Part shown: piece after piece, positions 51,386 to 60,721 of the stretch
Layout: the number at the start of each line of letters is the position of its first letter
Position numbering within the stretch: position 1 is the stretch's first letter
Source of the DNA: an uncultured Actinomycetota bacterium
GTDB taxonomy: Bacteria > Actinomycetota > Actinomycetes > Streptosporangiales > Streptosporangiaceae
Reading direction: 5' to 3'
Length of the DNA: 64,000 nucleotides
Assembly (NCBI GenBank): GCA_963843745.1
Contig: CAWJLP010000005.1
Coordinates: 214,014 to 278,013, forward strand
Notes under the pieces: generated by a model
Database searches by the model: none
Told to the model about the DNA's origin: nothing
Seen by the model: the letters and a program-made list of their open reading frames with translations, nothing else
Made by a program: the position numbers and the translations under genes

Positions 51386-52467
51386 CAGACATCGACGCCG
51401 CTGAGGCACGCCGGGCGATCGACTATTACTACTCCCGCGGCTGGACCGACGGGCTGCCCGTCGTCCCGGTCACCGAGTCCTACCTCGCGGAGTTCCTGGC
51501 CACGACCGGCCGCGACCCTGACGAGGTGCTCATCCCCATGCCGCACCTCAACAAGAACCTCACCGTCCGGCTGGCCGCGATCAACGCGGCGCTCGCCGGC
51601 TGCCTGCCGGAGTACTTCCCCGTCGTGCTGGCCGCGTGGGACTCGTTCCTGCGCGACGGCATGGTCACCAGGTCGATCTGGCAGTCCACGACAGGGACCG
51701 CCCCGTTCGTCGTGGTCTACGGGCCGGCCAGGCAGCGGCTCGGGCTGAACTCCCGCGGCAACGTGTGGGGATCGGGGTTCCGCGCCAACGCGACGATCGG
51801 CCGGGCGATCAGGCTCGGCGCGATCAACGGCCTCGGCCTCAAGCCGCACGTGTTCGACCAGGCCACCCAGGGCACGCCCGCCAAGTACTCCTGCTGCATC
51901 GCGGAGAACGAGGAGGACTCCCCCTGGCCAAGCCTGGCCACGGACAACGACATCGGCCCTGACGACAGCGCCGTCTCCGCGACCGTTATCCGCTCGGTGC
52001 TGCACATCGAGGCCAGGCACACCACGGCTCCCGAGCAGCTCGCGGCGGACTTCGCCGACTCGCTGTGCCGCACCGGCGCGCTGGTGCGGGCCAGGGCCAG
52101 CGGCTACGTCGTGCTGAACCCGGAACACGCCCGGCTCTTCGACAAGCACGGCTGGTCCAAGGCCGACGTGCGCGCCGCCATCGCGGAGCAGGGCTGGCGC
52201 ACCTACCGGGACCTCGCGAGCGCGGGCAAGGAGGCCGTCGCGGGCGGCACCGGCTGGCGGCTGCCCGCCGACCACCCGGACGCCGTGCCGCAGGAAGCGC
52301 CTGACGATCCGGATACCCCGGTCCAGCTGATCACGTCCGTCGACGCGGTGCAGATCGTGGTGGCCGGCGCCCCCAACGCCGGCGTGTCCTCGATCGTCGA
52401 GACGTTCGGCCCGTCCGACCGCGGGCCGGCGATCACGAAGGTCGAGGAGAAACAGCTCCCGAGCTAG
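51382..52467 (+). CDS. Hypothetical protein, 361 aa; I recognise no family
   Basis: It has good GC3 usage, and its GTGA start overlaps the stop of the UGSC gene. Notable strings are GWTDGLPVVPVT, WQSTTGTAPFVVV and AKYSCCIAENEE. Confidence 0.7.
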   Translation: MTDIDAAEARRAIDYYYSRGWTDGLPVVPVTESYLAEFLATTGRDPDEVLIPMPHLNKNLTVRLAAINAALAGCLPEYFPVVLAAWDSFLRDGMVTRSIWQSTTGTAPFVVVYGPARQRLGLNSRGNVWGSGFRANATIGRAIRLGAINGLGLKPHVFDQATQGTPAKYSCCIAENEEDSPWPSLATDNDIGPDDSAVSATVIRSVLHIEARHTTAPEQLAADFADSLCRTGALVRARASGYVVLNPEHARLFDKHGWSKADVRAAIAEQGWRTYRDLASAGKEAVAGGTGWRLPADHPDAVPQEAPDDPDTPVQLITSVDAVQIVVAGAPNAGVSSIVETFGPSDRGPAITKVEEKQLPS

Positions 52468-53396
52468 GCATGCCCGGGCATCGGGTACTCGCCGGCGTTG
52501 AGCACCCATCCCGGTTGCCGGGAGAAGTCGGTGCGCGGCGGCGAGAAGATGTCGATGAGCTGGTTGACGCCGCTTCCCATCGCCTGTGACGTGTGAATAG
52601 CGGGAGGCGGGATGACAGTCAGTGAAGGGCTGCCGCACGCCTGATGATCGTCGGCGCGCCAGGTGCGCCGGTTGGTGGTCCACGGCCACCGGATGTGGTG
52701 GACGTACGAGCCTTGCAGGGCCAGGGATCCCTGCTCGAAATCGGCGTGGGAATGCGGGGAGAGCCTGGTCTCGTCGCGCGGCCCGTCCTGCGGATAGAGG
52801 ACGTTAAGCATCAGGGTCGAACAGCGAAAGATGCGCCCGAACCTGCCTTCCCGCGGGGCGATGTCCAGGCTGTAGACGCGCACCCGAGGGCCGTCCGCCG
52901 CCGTCGGCCAGGCGGCCAGCGGGGCGACGTTGAGATGGTCCTCGAGGTACGAATCGGCGTTAACCGCCTGGGCACACAGATCGGCGGCGTTCCGGCTGAA
53001 GACGCGGACGGCCTGCCCGCTCCCGGCAAGGGTGATCTCGCTATCGCCTGGCGGAATCACGGCGAGGGTGCGGCCGGGGATCTTCGTCGTCTGGCCGGCG
53101 GAAGTGACGCGCGCGCTGACGTCCTTGCCAGGCAGCAGCAGCATCCACTCGTCCGGCTGCGCCGTTCTGCCGAACGTGACCGACCCGTCGCAATCGGAAT
53201 AGCCCACGACGAAGTTCTGGGCCCGCGCGTACCAGTGCCGGCCGCTGTCGTCCTGCTGTGCGGGCGGGCATTGCCTGAAGACGATGTAGTCAGCGGGGTA
53301 GCTCACCGGACTCGGCACGGCGCTGGCCGCCGCGGCCGGGCCCAGCGCGGTGCGTGGATCAGTGCGGTCGTACATGCTCTCCTCCGGTGTCCGCAA
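52464..53396 (-). CDS. Cupin-like hypothetical protein
   Basis: 310-aa ORF with the HxH...E pattern SPHSHADFEQG in its C-terminal half. It is convergent with the preceding operon and overlaps it by 4 nt. Confidence 0.55.
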   Translation of the reverse strand: MRTPEESMYDRTDPRTALGPAAAASAVPSPVSYPADYIVFRQCPPAQQDDSGRHWYARAQNFVVGYSDCDGSVTFGRTAQPDEWMLLLPGKDVSARVTSAGQTTKIPGRTLAVIPPGDSEITLAGSGQAVRVFSRNAADLCAQAVNADSYLEDHLNVAPLAAWPTAADGPRVRVYSLDIAPREGRFGRIFRCSTLMLNVLYPQDGPRDETRLSPHSHADFEQGSLALQGSYVHHIRWPWTTNRRTWRADDHQACGSPSLTVIPPPAIHTSQAMGSGVNQLIDIFSPPRTDFSRQPGWVLNAGEYPMPGHA

Positions 53397-53440
53397 GCTA
53401 GCGTTTGCCTTAGAACATCGTCAAGAGATCGGATGCACCC

Positions 53441-53923
53441 ATGGCTGACGAGCCCGCCGATGAGCCGCTTGTCGACGACGCGCGGCTCGTCACCTGGGCG
53501 GGCCCGGCGTTCATCCTGTTCTCCATCGTGCTGATCCCGTGGACCGTTTACCTGGGCCTCGACCTGCCGGACAGGCAGGAGTCCTCGCACTACAACATCG
53601 CCTGGGTCGGGTTCGACGTCATGCTCCTCATGGTGCTGGCCGCCACCGGGTTCTTCGCGCTGCGCCGGTCCCGCTTCCTGGCCGTGGGCGCCACCGCGGC
53701 CGCGACCCTGCTCGTGGTCGACGCCTGGTTCGACGTGATGACCTCGCCGCCGGGCAGCCAGTTCCTCCAGTCGCTCGCCTCCGCCATCCTCATCGAGCTG
53801 CCGCTGGCGGCCGTCTGCGGCTGGCTGGCCTACCACACCGAGCACCTCGAACAGGAGCGGGTCATCCTGCTGCTCAGGCGGGACTCCTGGCGGCGACGGC
53901 TGACCCCACGGGGCAGCCGATGA
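53441..53923 (+). CDS. Hypothetical membrane protein (four helices)
   Basis: 160-aa ORF with the hydrophobic segments PAFILFSIVLIPWTVYL, VGFDVMLLMVLAATGFFAL, AVGATAAATLLVV and ILIELPLAAVCGWLA. Confidence 0.6.
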   Translation: MADEPADEPLVDDARLVTWAGPAFILFSIVLIPWTVYLGLDLPDRQESSHYNIAWVGFDVMLLMVLAATGFFALRRSRFLAVGATAAATLLVVDAWFDVMTSPPGSQFLQSLASAILIELPLAAVCGWLAYHTEHLEQERVILLLRRDSWRRRLTPRGSR

Positions 53924-54276
53924 CGACGGTGCGGGCCCGCCGGGTGTACGAGGCGCCGGATGTGGCGGACGGCAGGCGGGTCCTCGTCGACCGGCTGTGG
54001 CCGCGCGGGCTGGCCAAGGCCGCCGCGCAGATCGACGAGTGGCTCAAGGCGGTCGCGCCGTCCGACGAGCTGCGCCGCTGGTACGGCCACGACCCGGCCA
54101 AGTTCGAGGAGTTCCGCCGCCGCTACGGCGACGAGCTGCGCGATCCTGAGCGCGCCGCGGCGCTCGCGCACCTGCGCGAGCTGGCCGCCGCGGGACCGGT
54201 CACGCTGCTGACCGCGACCAGGGACCTGGAGCACAGCCAGGCGGCGGACCTGGCGGAGCGACTGCGGGAGAATTAG
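53920..54276 (+). CDS. DUF488 (YeaO-like) protein
   Basis: MTTVRARRVYEAP...RVLVDRLWPRGLAKAAAQIDEWLKAVAPSDELRRWYGHDPAKFEEFRRRY. An ATGA overlaps the upstream gene. Confidence 0.8.
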   Translation: MTTVRARRVYEAPDVADGRRVLVDRLWPRGLAKAAAQIDEWLKAVAPSDELRRWYGHDPAKFEEFRRRYGDELRDPERAAALAHLRELAAAGPVTLLTATRDLEHSQAADLAERLREN

Positions 54277-54320
54277 GGCGCGCGGCAGACTGCCGGCGCG
54301 TAAGGCTGTCCCCTGCCCCC

Positions 54321-55721
54321 TTGCCCTGGCACGAGAAGCTGGCTCAAGCTCGGTACGTGAGCAGCGCAACGATTATCGAGCCGGGCAGGCAGACACCGGT
54401 GTACGGGGAGTTCGATGTCGTCGTGGTCGGCGGCGGACCGGCCGGCATCATGACGGCGACGGCGGCGGCGCGGACCGGGTGCTCGACGCTGCTGATCGAG
54501 CGGTACGGGTTCCTCGGCGGGGCCGGCACGGCCGGCGGGCTGTCCACGTTCTGCGGGCTGCACGCACGGACCCACGGCGAGGACGTGCGGATCATCAGGG
54601 GACTCGCCGACGAGCTGCTTGACCGGCTGGTCAAGCTGGACGGGCTGAACACGCCGCACCTGACGATCGCCGACGGGATCGCGGCGCAGGCATTCGACAT
54701 CTCCGCCTACAAGATCGCCGCGGACGAGCTCGTCACTGGCGCCGGCGCGCGGATCTTGTTTCACGCGATGGCGGTCGGCGTGGTCATGACCGGCGAGCAC
54801 GCGATCGACGCCGTACTGATCGAGTCCAAGTCCGGCAGGCACGCGGTCCGTGGCCGGTTCTTCATCGACGCGTCGGGCGACGGCGACCTCGCCGCCTGGG
54901 CCGGGGTGCCGTGGGAGAAGGCACCGCCGGTCAACGGGCTGATGTACCCGTCGCTCATGTTCCGCATCAACGGCGTGGACGTCGCCAAGGCGGGCCCGGC
55001 TCCGTGGCGCACCGTCGAGCGCCTGATGGACGAGGCGGAGCGGGCGGGCACCCACACGTTCCCGCGCAAGAAGCCGATCGTGCGCCCGCAGCGCAACCCC
55101 CTGGAATGGCGGGCCAACCTGACGCAGCTGCGCACCGAAGACGGCGGCGCCATCGACGGCACCAGCGTGGACGAGCTGACCCGCGGCGAGCTCATCGGCC
55201 GCCAGCAGGTGCTGGACGCGTTCACGTTCATCAGGGACCGCACGCCGGGCTTCGAGGACTCCTACATCGTAGACATCGCCCCGCAGATCGGCATCCGCGA
55301 GACCCGCAGGATCGTCGGCGCCTACCAGCTCACTGAGGACGATGTGCTCGGCTGCGCTGACTTCGGCGACACCATCGGGGTCAACGGCTGGCCGGTCGAG
55401 GCGCACGTGGCGGGCACCGTGGAGTTCCGCTGGCAGACGAAGCCGCGCGGGTTCAACCAGCTCCCGTTCCGGATGATCCTGCCAGGCACCGTCGACAACC
55501 TGTACGTCACCGGCCGGTGCGCGTCGATGACCCACGGCGCGCAGTCCGCCGCCCGGGTCACCGGACCCTGCTTCGCCATGGGCGAGGCGGCCGGCACGGC
55601 CGCCGGCATGGCCCTGGGCGCGGGGCTGGCCGGCGACAGGATCGACGTCACCGAGCTGCAGCGCCGCCTGGAAGACCAGGGCGCCTACCTCGGCCGCACC
55701 ACACCCGAGGTGATCCTCTGA
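54321..55721 (+). CDS. FAD-dependent oxidoreductase (FAD_oxidored-type)
   Basis: It has the dinucleotide fold FDVVVVGGGPAGIMTATAAARTG and a C-terminal GRCASMTHGAQSAARVTGPCFAMGEAAG. The start is TTG 54321 or GTG 54357. Confidence 0.8.
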   Translation: MPWHEKLAQARYVSSATIIEPGRQTPVYGEFDVVVVGGGPAGIMTATAAARTGCSTLLIERYGFLGGAGTAGGLSTFCGLHARTHGEDVRIIRGLADELLDRLVKLDGLNTPHLTIADGIAAQAFDISAYKIAADELVTGAGARILFHAMAVGVVMTGEHAIDAVLIESKSGRHAVRGRFFIDASGDGDLAAWAGVPWEKAPPVNGLMYPSLMFRINGVDVAKAGPAPWRTVERLMDEAERAGTHTFPRKKPIVRPQRNPLEWRANLTQLRTEDGGAIDGTSVDELTRGELIGRQQVLDAFTFIRDRTPGFEDSYIVDIAPQIGIRETRRIVGAYQLTEDDVLGCADFGDTIGVNGWPVEAHVAGTVEFRWQTKPRGFNQLPFRMILPGTVDNLYVTGRCASMTHGAQSAARVTGPCFAMGEAAGTAAGMALGAGLAGDRIDVTELQRRLEDQGAYLGRTTPEVIL

Positions 55722-55770
55722 GGCAAGTTGCAACGCTATGGTGCGAGTACGCCGACGAAAACCTCGTCTG

Positions 55771-55995
55771 CTATCCCAGATGAGTCATGAGGTCATCCGC
55801 GCTCCAGCCAGCCTGGCGCAGTATCGATCGGAGAGTGCCTACAGCGAGGCTCCGGTGGAGCGGGACGATGACCGTGCGATCGTTGCTGCGGTACTTAGCA
55901 TGGCTGCCTCGCGTCGAGACGTGCGCAAATCCCGCGCGCTCCAGAGCCTTGGCGACCTCCGCGCCCGACAGGCCCGAAGGCAGCGCCGGGCTCAC
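55771..55995 (-). CDS. hicA: HicA-family type II toxin (mRNA interferase)
   Basis: LSGAEVAKALERAGFAHVSTRGSHAKYRSNDRTVIVPLHRSLAVGTLRSILRQAG is the canonical HicA length and motif. Confidence 0.85.
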   Translation of the reverse strand: MSPALPSGLSGAEVAKALERAGFAHVSTRGSHAKYRSNDRTVIVPLHRSLAVGTLRSILRQAGWSADDLMTHLG

Positions 55996-56204
55996 GCGAC
56001 TAGGACCTCGATAGGGGCCGTGATGACGTCGGTGACCTCGGGAGCGGGGGCATCCTCGAAATACAGCTCAAGGGCCTCGCGAAGGTTATCGAGGGCTTCC
56101 TCGATTGTTTCACCTTGGCTAGTGACCTCAACCTGGAGACACCTGGCCACATACCACTCGCCCTCGTGCGTGACGGCGGCGGTCAGATGCAGTGCGTGCG
56201 TCAT
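55992..56204 (-). CDS. hicB: HicB-family antitoxin (short, no obvious DNA-binding extension)
   Basis: Lies within ORF 55992..56246; the likely start is ATG 56204. The core is MTHALHLTAAVTHEGEWYVARCLQVEVTSQGETIEEALDNLREALELYFE. It overlaps hicA by 4 nt. Confidence 0.8.
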   Translation of the reverse strand: MTHALHLTAAVTHEGEWYVARCLQVEVTSQGETIEEALDNLREALELYFEDAPAPEVTDVITAPIEVLVA

Positions 56205-56316
56205 AGCTCCAGTTTGGCATGCCGACGCTGATCCGTGGCGGGCCACAACGGGGCGGCGGGTTTTGGCGGGTCACACCCTCTTGCCCGTACGCCACCGGCG
56301 TATCAGGCTCTGGGGT

Positions 56317-58008
56317 GTGGCAGATCGCAAGCTCCGGTCTAACTTCACCCCGGGAACGACGCCGTGGGCGATGCGCCGCGCGCAGTGGTCCGCGCTCGGG
56401 CTGACCGACGAGGACCTGGAGAAGCCCAAGATCGCGATCGTCAACTCCTCGTCGCAGCTGGCGTCCTGCTTCAGTCACCTGGACGAGATCGTCGCCCCGC
56501 TCAAGGCGGCCATCGAAGCGGCCGGTGGCGTCGCATTCGAGGTGCGTACCGCCGCCCCGTCCGACGCGATCACCAGCGCCGGCGCGGCCGGGCAGTACAT
56601 CCTGCCGAGCCGCGACCTCATCGCCAGCGACATCGAGGTCGCCGTCGAGGGCGCGCTGCTCGACGGCATGGTCTGCCTGGCGTCGTGCGACAAGACCACG
56701 CCCGGCCAGCTCATGGCCGCGGGCCGGCTCAACATCCCGACGATCATCGTGGCCTGCGGCTACCAGCCGTCCGGCGTCTACAAGGGCGAGTCCGTCGACT
56801 TCGAGGACATCTTCAGGTTCGCCGGGCACGTGAACGCCGGCCGGATGACCGTCGACGAGCTCGCGGAGATGTCACGCTGCGCGGTCACGGGGCCCGGCGT
56901 CTGCGCCGGGATGGGCACGGCGAACTCCATGCACCTGGCCGCCGAGGCGCTCGGCATGGCGCTGCCAGGCACCACCCCGGTGCTCGCTCGCGGGCGGCGG
57001 ATGTGGGACGCGGTGGCGCAGGCCGGCGCTCGCATCGTGGCGCTGGTCGACGAAGACATCCGCCCTCGGTCGGTCCTGACGAGCGCGGCCTTCGCCAACG
57101 CCGTCACCGCGATCCTGGCGGTCAGCGGGTCCGTGAACTGCCTCAAGCACCTGCAGGCCATCGCCGTCGAGGCCGGCTGCGACGCGGACGTGTACCGGCT
57201 GTTCGAGGACCTCGCGCCGAAGGTGCCGCTGCTCACCGACGTCAAGCCCAACGGCGACACCCAGATCACCCAGTTCGACGCGGCGGGCGGCACCCGCGCG
57301 CTGCTGCGGCAGCTCGCCCCGCTGCTCGACCTGTCGGCCAGGACCGTCGCCGGGGTCACGCTCGGCGAGGCGATCGCCGCGGCGCCGGCCGACGGCGCGG
57401 TGATCAGGCCGCTGACGGCGCCGCTCGCCACGCACCCCGCCATCGTGGTGATGCGCGGCTCGCTGGCGCCCGACGGGGCCGTGCTGAAGCGGACGGTCGC
57501 CGACGACGCGCCGCTCACGTTCCGCGGGCCCGCCAAGGTCGTGCACTCCCGGGAGGAAGGCGTCGCGGCGGCGCGGGCCGGCCGCTTCACGGCCGGCGAC
57601 GTCGTGGTGCTCACCGGGCTCGGGCTGCGCGGCTCCCCCGGCATGGGGCTGACGTCGGCGCTGATGTTCGCCATCGACGGGGCCGGGCTGTCGACATCGG
57701 TCGCGGTGATCACCGACGGGCAGATGTCCGGGCTCGTCAACGGCGGCCTGGTGGTCGCCGAGGTGGCGCCTGAGGGCGCGGCGGGCGGCCCGCTCGGCCT
57801 GGTCCGCGACGGCGACATGATCTCCATCGACGTGAACGCCAGGACGATCGACCTCGAGGCCGATCCCGGCGAGCTGGACCGGCGGCGGGCGGCTCTGCCG
57901 CCGCTGGCGGCGCCGGCCGGGTGCGGCTGGCTGTCGGTCTACGCGCGGACCGTCGCGCCGCTCGGCCGCGGCGCGACCCTCAGTGGTATTGCCTCAACGA
58001 AGAGCTAA
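56317..58008 (+). CDS. IlvD/Edd-family dehydratase (dihydroxy-acid or sugar-acid dehydratase)
   Basis: Lies within ORF 55738..58008; the likely GTG start is at 56317. The upstream part of that ORF is antisense to hicBA. The motifs are KPKIAIVNSSS, LASCDKTTPG and ITDGQMSG. Confidence 0.88.
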   Translation: MADRKLRSNFTPGTTPWAMRRAQWSALGLTDEDLEKPKIAIVNSSSQLASCFSHLDEIVAPLKAAIEAAGGVAFEVRTAAPSDAITSAGAAGQYILPSRDLIASDIEVAVEGALLDGMVCLASCDKTTPGQLMAAGRLNIPTIIVACGYQPSGVYKGESVDFEDIFRFAGHVNAGRMTVDELAEMSRCAVTGPGVCAGMGTANSMHLAAEALGMALPGTTPVLARGRRMWDAVAQAGARIVALVDEDIRPRSVLTSAAFANAVTAILAVSGSVNCLKHLQAIAVEAGCDADVYRLFEDLAPKVPLLTDVKPNGDTQITQFDAAGGTRALLRQLAPLLDLSARTVAGVTLGEAIAAAPADGAVIRPLTAPLATHPAIVVMRGSLAPDGAVLKRTVADDAPLTFRGPAKVVHSREEGVAAARAGRFTAGDVVVLTGLGLRGSPGMGLTSALMFAIDGAGLSTSVAVITDGQMSGLVNGGLVVAEVAPEGAAGGPLGLVRDGDMISIDVNARTIDLEADPGELDRRRAALPPLAAPAGCGWLSVYARTVAPLGRGATLSGIASTKS

Positions 58009-58026
58009 TGAAAGGGCGGGAGCCAC

Positions 58027-59040
58027 GTGCGGGCCGTTCTGTATATCGATAAAGAAGAGGGGACGGCCGTCAGCGACGTGCCGGACCCCAGCCCGGGACC
58101 CGATGATGTCGTCGTCTCCGTCGACGCGTGCGGGCTGTGCGGCTCGGACGTGCACTCCGTGCAGAACGGGCAGTGCGCGCCCGGGCAGATCCTCGGGCAC
58201 GAGTTCAGCGGGCGGATCGTGGCGCTCGGCGGCAACGTGACCGGCTGGTCCGAGGGGCAGGCGGTGGCCGCCTCCCCGCTCGGGTCGTGCGGCAAGTGCA
58301 GGATCTGCGCGCGGGGCCTCGCGTTCCGCTGCCCGGTCGCGCCGAACATCGGGATCACCGCCCAGGGCGCGTACGCGCAGTACGTCTCGGTCCCCGCCAG
58401 GCAGCTGGTGGCGCTGCCGCCGGAGCTGCCGCTGGAGATGGGGTCGCACGCCGAGCCGCTGTCGGTCGGGTCGCAGGCGGTCAAGCTGTCGGGGGCCGGG
58501 CCCGGCGACCCGGTACTCGTCTACGGGGCCGGGCCGATCGGGCTGTACTCGATCATGGCGCTGCGGCTGGCCGGGGCCGGGCCGATCGTCGCGGCCGGGC
58601 GGTCGGCGGGGCGGCGTGAGGCGGCGGCCGACGTCGGGGCCGACGTGGTCATCGACACTCGCGAGATCTCGGTCGAGGAGTACGCCATGCAGTCGGGCAC
58701 GCGGTTCGCGGCCGTGCTCGAGTGCTCGGCCGCGCCCGGCGCGTTCACCGAAGGGCTCGCGGTGCTCGAGCCTGGCGGCACCTGCGTCGAGGTGGCGCTG
58801 ACGCCTGAGGTGGCGTCGCTGCCGCTGTTCGGGATGCTGAGCGAGGGACTGCACATCGCCGGCGCCTGCGCGTTCTCCGACGAGACGTACCGGGAGTCGG
58901 TGGCGCACCTCGCGGCGGGGCGGGTCCCGGTGGAACGACTGGTGTCGGAGCGGGTGACGCTGGATGACACGCCGTCCGCGCTGAAACGGCTGCAGACGCC
59001 AGGCTCGCTGGTGCGGATCCTGTCCAGGCCCTGGGGCTGA
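58027..59040 (+). CDS. Zinc-dependent medium-chain alcohol/polyol dehydrogenase
   Basis: The motifs are CGLCGSDVH, GHEFSG, a structural-zinc Cys cluster (CGKCRICARGLAFRC) and VLVYGAGPIG. Confidence 0.88.
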   Translation: MRAVLYIDKEEGTAVSDVPDPSPGPDDVVVSVDACGLCGSDVHSVQNGQCAPGQILGHEFSGRIVALGGNVTGWSEGQAVAASPLGSCGKCRICARGLAFRCPVAPNIGITAQGAYAQYVSVPARQLVALPPELPLEMGSHAEPLSVGSQAVKLSGAGPGDPVLVYGAGPIGLYSIMALRLAGAGPIVAAGRSAGRREAAADVGADVVIDTREISVEEYAMQSGTRFAAVLECSAAPGAFTEGLAVLEPGGTCVEVALTPEVASLPLFGMLSEGLHIAGACAFSDETYRESVAHLAAGRVPVERLVSERVTLDDTPSALKRLQTPGSLVRILSRPWG

Positions 59041-59060
59041 CGAGCAAAGGAGCTTTGTGC

Positions 59061-59924
59061 ATGGAAGAGTTCGCGGGCAAGACCGCCGTCATCACCGGGG
59101 CGGGCAGCGGCATGGGCAAGGCCTTCGCGACGCGCTGGGGCGCGGAGGGCATGAACATCGTGATCGGCGACATCCAGCAGGACGCGCTGGATGCGACGGT
59201 CGCTGAGCTGTCGGCGGCCGGGGTCCCCGTGCTCGGGCTGCGCACCGACGTGTCGAAGCTGCCCGACATCGAGGCGCTGGCCGACGCGGCCGAGGCGCGG
59301 TTCGGGAAGATCCACCTCGTGCACAACAACGCCGGCGTCGAGGGCTACCTGGACGGGCCGATCTGGGCGGCAACCGCCAAGGACTGGGACTGGACGCTGT
59401 TGGTCAACCTGATGTCGGTGGTCTACGGAATCAGGACGTTCGTGCCGCGGATGCTCGCGCACGGCGAGGACGGGCACGTGGTCAACACCTGCTCGATGAC
59501 CTCGGTGATCGCGGCGGCCAACATGTACGGGATCTGCAAGCACGCGATCCTCGCCATGACCGAGGTGCTCGCCGCGGACCTGGAGGCGGCGGACGCCAAC
59601 ATCGCGGCGACCGGGATCTGCCCGGGGATCATCGCGACCAACCTGTTCCACGGGTCACGGAACCGGCCGGCCGCGCTGGCCAACGACGGCGGCATGTCGT
59701 CGTCCGGCGCGTCGCTGCGCGACCACATGCACTCCGTGCTGTCCAAGGGCATGCCGCCGTCCGAGGTCGCGGACAAGGTGGTCACGGCGGTGCGGGAGAA
59801 GAAGCTGTACCTGCTCACCGACCACGAGTGGGACAGCAGGATCGTCGCCAGGCACGAGGCCATCATGGCCGGGGCGGTCGGCCCGGCCGCAACCGGGATG
59901 CTAGACGCGGAGGGTGTCCGATGA
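59061..59924 (+). CDS. SDR family oxidoreductase
   Basis: ATG 59061 lies 8 nt after AAAGGAG. The motifs are AVITGAGSGMGKA, NNAG and YGICK. Confidence 0.85.
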   Translation: MEEFAGKTAVITGAGSGMGKAFATRWGAEGMNIVIGDIQQDALDATVAELSAAGVPVLGLRTDVSKLPDIEALADAAEARFGKIHLVHNNAGVEGYLDGPIWAATAKDWDWTLLVNLMSVVYGIRTFVPRMLAHGEDGHVVNTCSMTSVIAAANMYGICKHAILAMTEVLAADLEAADANIAATGICPGIIATNLFHGSRNRPAALANDGGMSSSGASLRDHMHSVLSKGMPPSEVADKVVTAVREKKLYLLTDHEWDSRIVARHEAIMAGAVGPAATGMLDAEGVR

Positions 59925-60691
59925 GCGTGCGGTACGGGCTGGATGGACAGGTCGCGGTCATCACCGGCGCGGCCAACGGGTTCGGGCTGGCGGTCGCACA
60001 GCGGCTGGCGGACGAGGGCGCTCGCCTGGTGCTGGTAGACAGGGACGCCGACGGACTCCGGGCGGCCGCGGAGAAGCTCGGCGGGCTGGCGGTCGTCGCG
60101 GACGTCTCGCAGGAGTCCGATGTGGACGGGTACGTGCAGGAGGCGGTCAACGCGCACGGGCGGATCGACCTGTTCTTCAACAACGCGGGCATCGAGGGCC
60201 GGATGGCGCCGATGACCGAGCTGTCGGTCGAGGACTTCGACCGGGTCTGGCGGGTCAACGGACGCGGCGTGTTCATGGGACTGCGCGCGGTGCTGAAGGT
60301 CATGAAGCCGCAGGGGTCGGGCGTGATCGTCAACACCGCGTCGATGGCGGCGATCAAGGGCGCGGCGACGTTCTCCCCGTACATCGCCTCCAAGCACGCG
60401 GTGCTCGGGCTGACGAAATCGGCGGCGCTGGAAGCGGCGCCGTACGGCATCCGGATCAACTGCGTGGCGCCCGGGCACTTCGACACCCGGATGGGCCGCG
60501 ACCTTACTCACCAGATCAACCCGGACGATCCCGACGGGGTGTTCCGTGCGGTGTCCGAGTCGGTGCCCTACGGCAAGCGCTACGGCACGGCCGCCGAGGT
60601 CGCGAACGTCGTGCTGTGGCTGTTTTCCGATGAGTCGGAGTACGTCTCCGGCGCGCTGCACCTGATCGACGGGGCACTCAACGCGGGCTGA
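59921..60691 (+). CDS. SDR family oxidoreductase
   Basis: ATG 59921 overlaps the upstream stop as ATGA. The motifs are VAVITGAANGFGLA, NNAG and YIASK. Confidence 0.88.
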   Translation: MSVRYGLDGQVAVITGAANGFGLAVAQRLADEGARLVLVDRDADGLRAAAEKLGGLAVVADVSQESDVDGYVQEAVNAHGRIDLFFNNAGIEGRMAPMTELSVEDFDRVWRVNGRGVFMGLRAVLKVMKPQGSGVIVNTASMAAIKGAATFSPYIASKHAVLGLTKSAALEAAPYGIRINCVAPGHFDTRMGRDLTHQINPDDPDGVFRAVSESVPYGKRYGTAAEVANVVLWLFSDESEYVSGALHLIDGALNAG

Positions 60692-60721
60692 GCGGTCCCC
60701 GCCTGAGTAGGCTCTCTGCAC

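Noticed and set aside
55738-56316. The 5' 190 codons of ORF 55738..58008 as part of the dehydratase.
   Set aside because: The region is antisense to the hicBA pair and has no IlvD similarity. The conserved dehydratase N-terminus (LRSNFTPG...KPKIAIVNS) starts just after GTG 56317.
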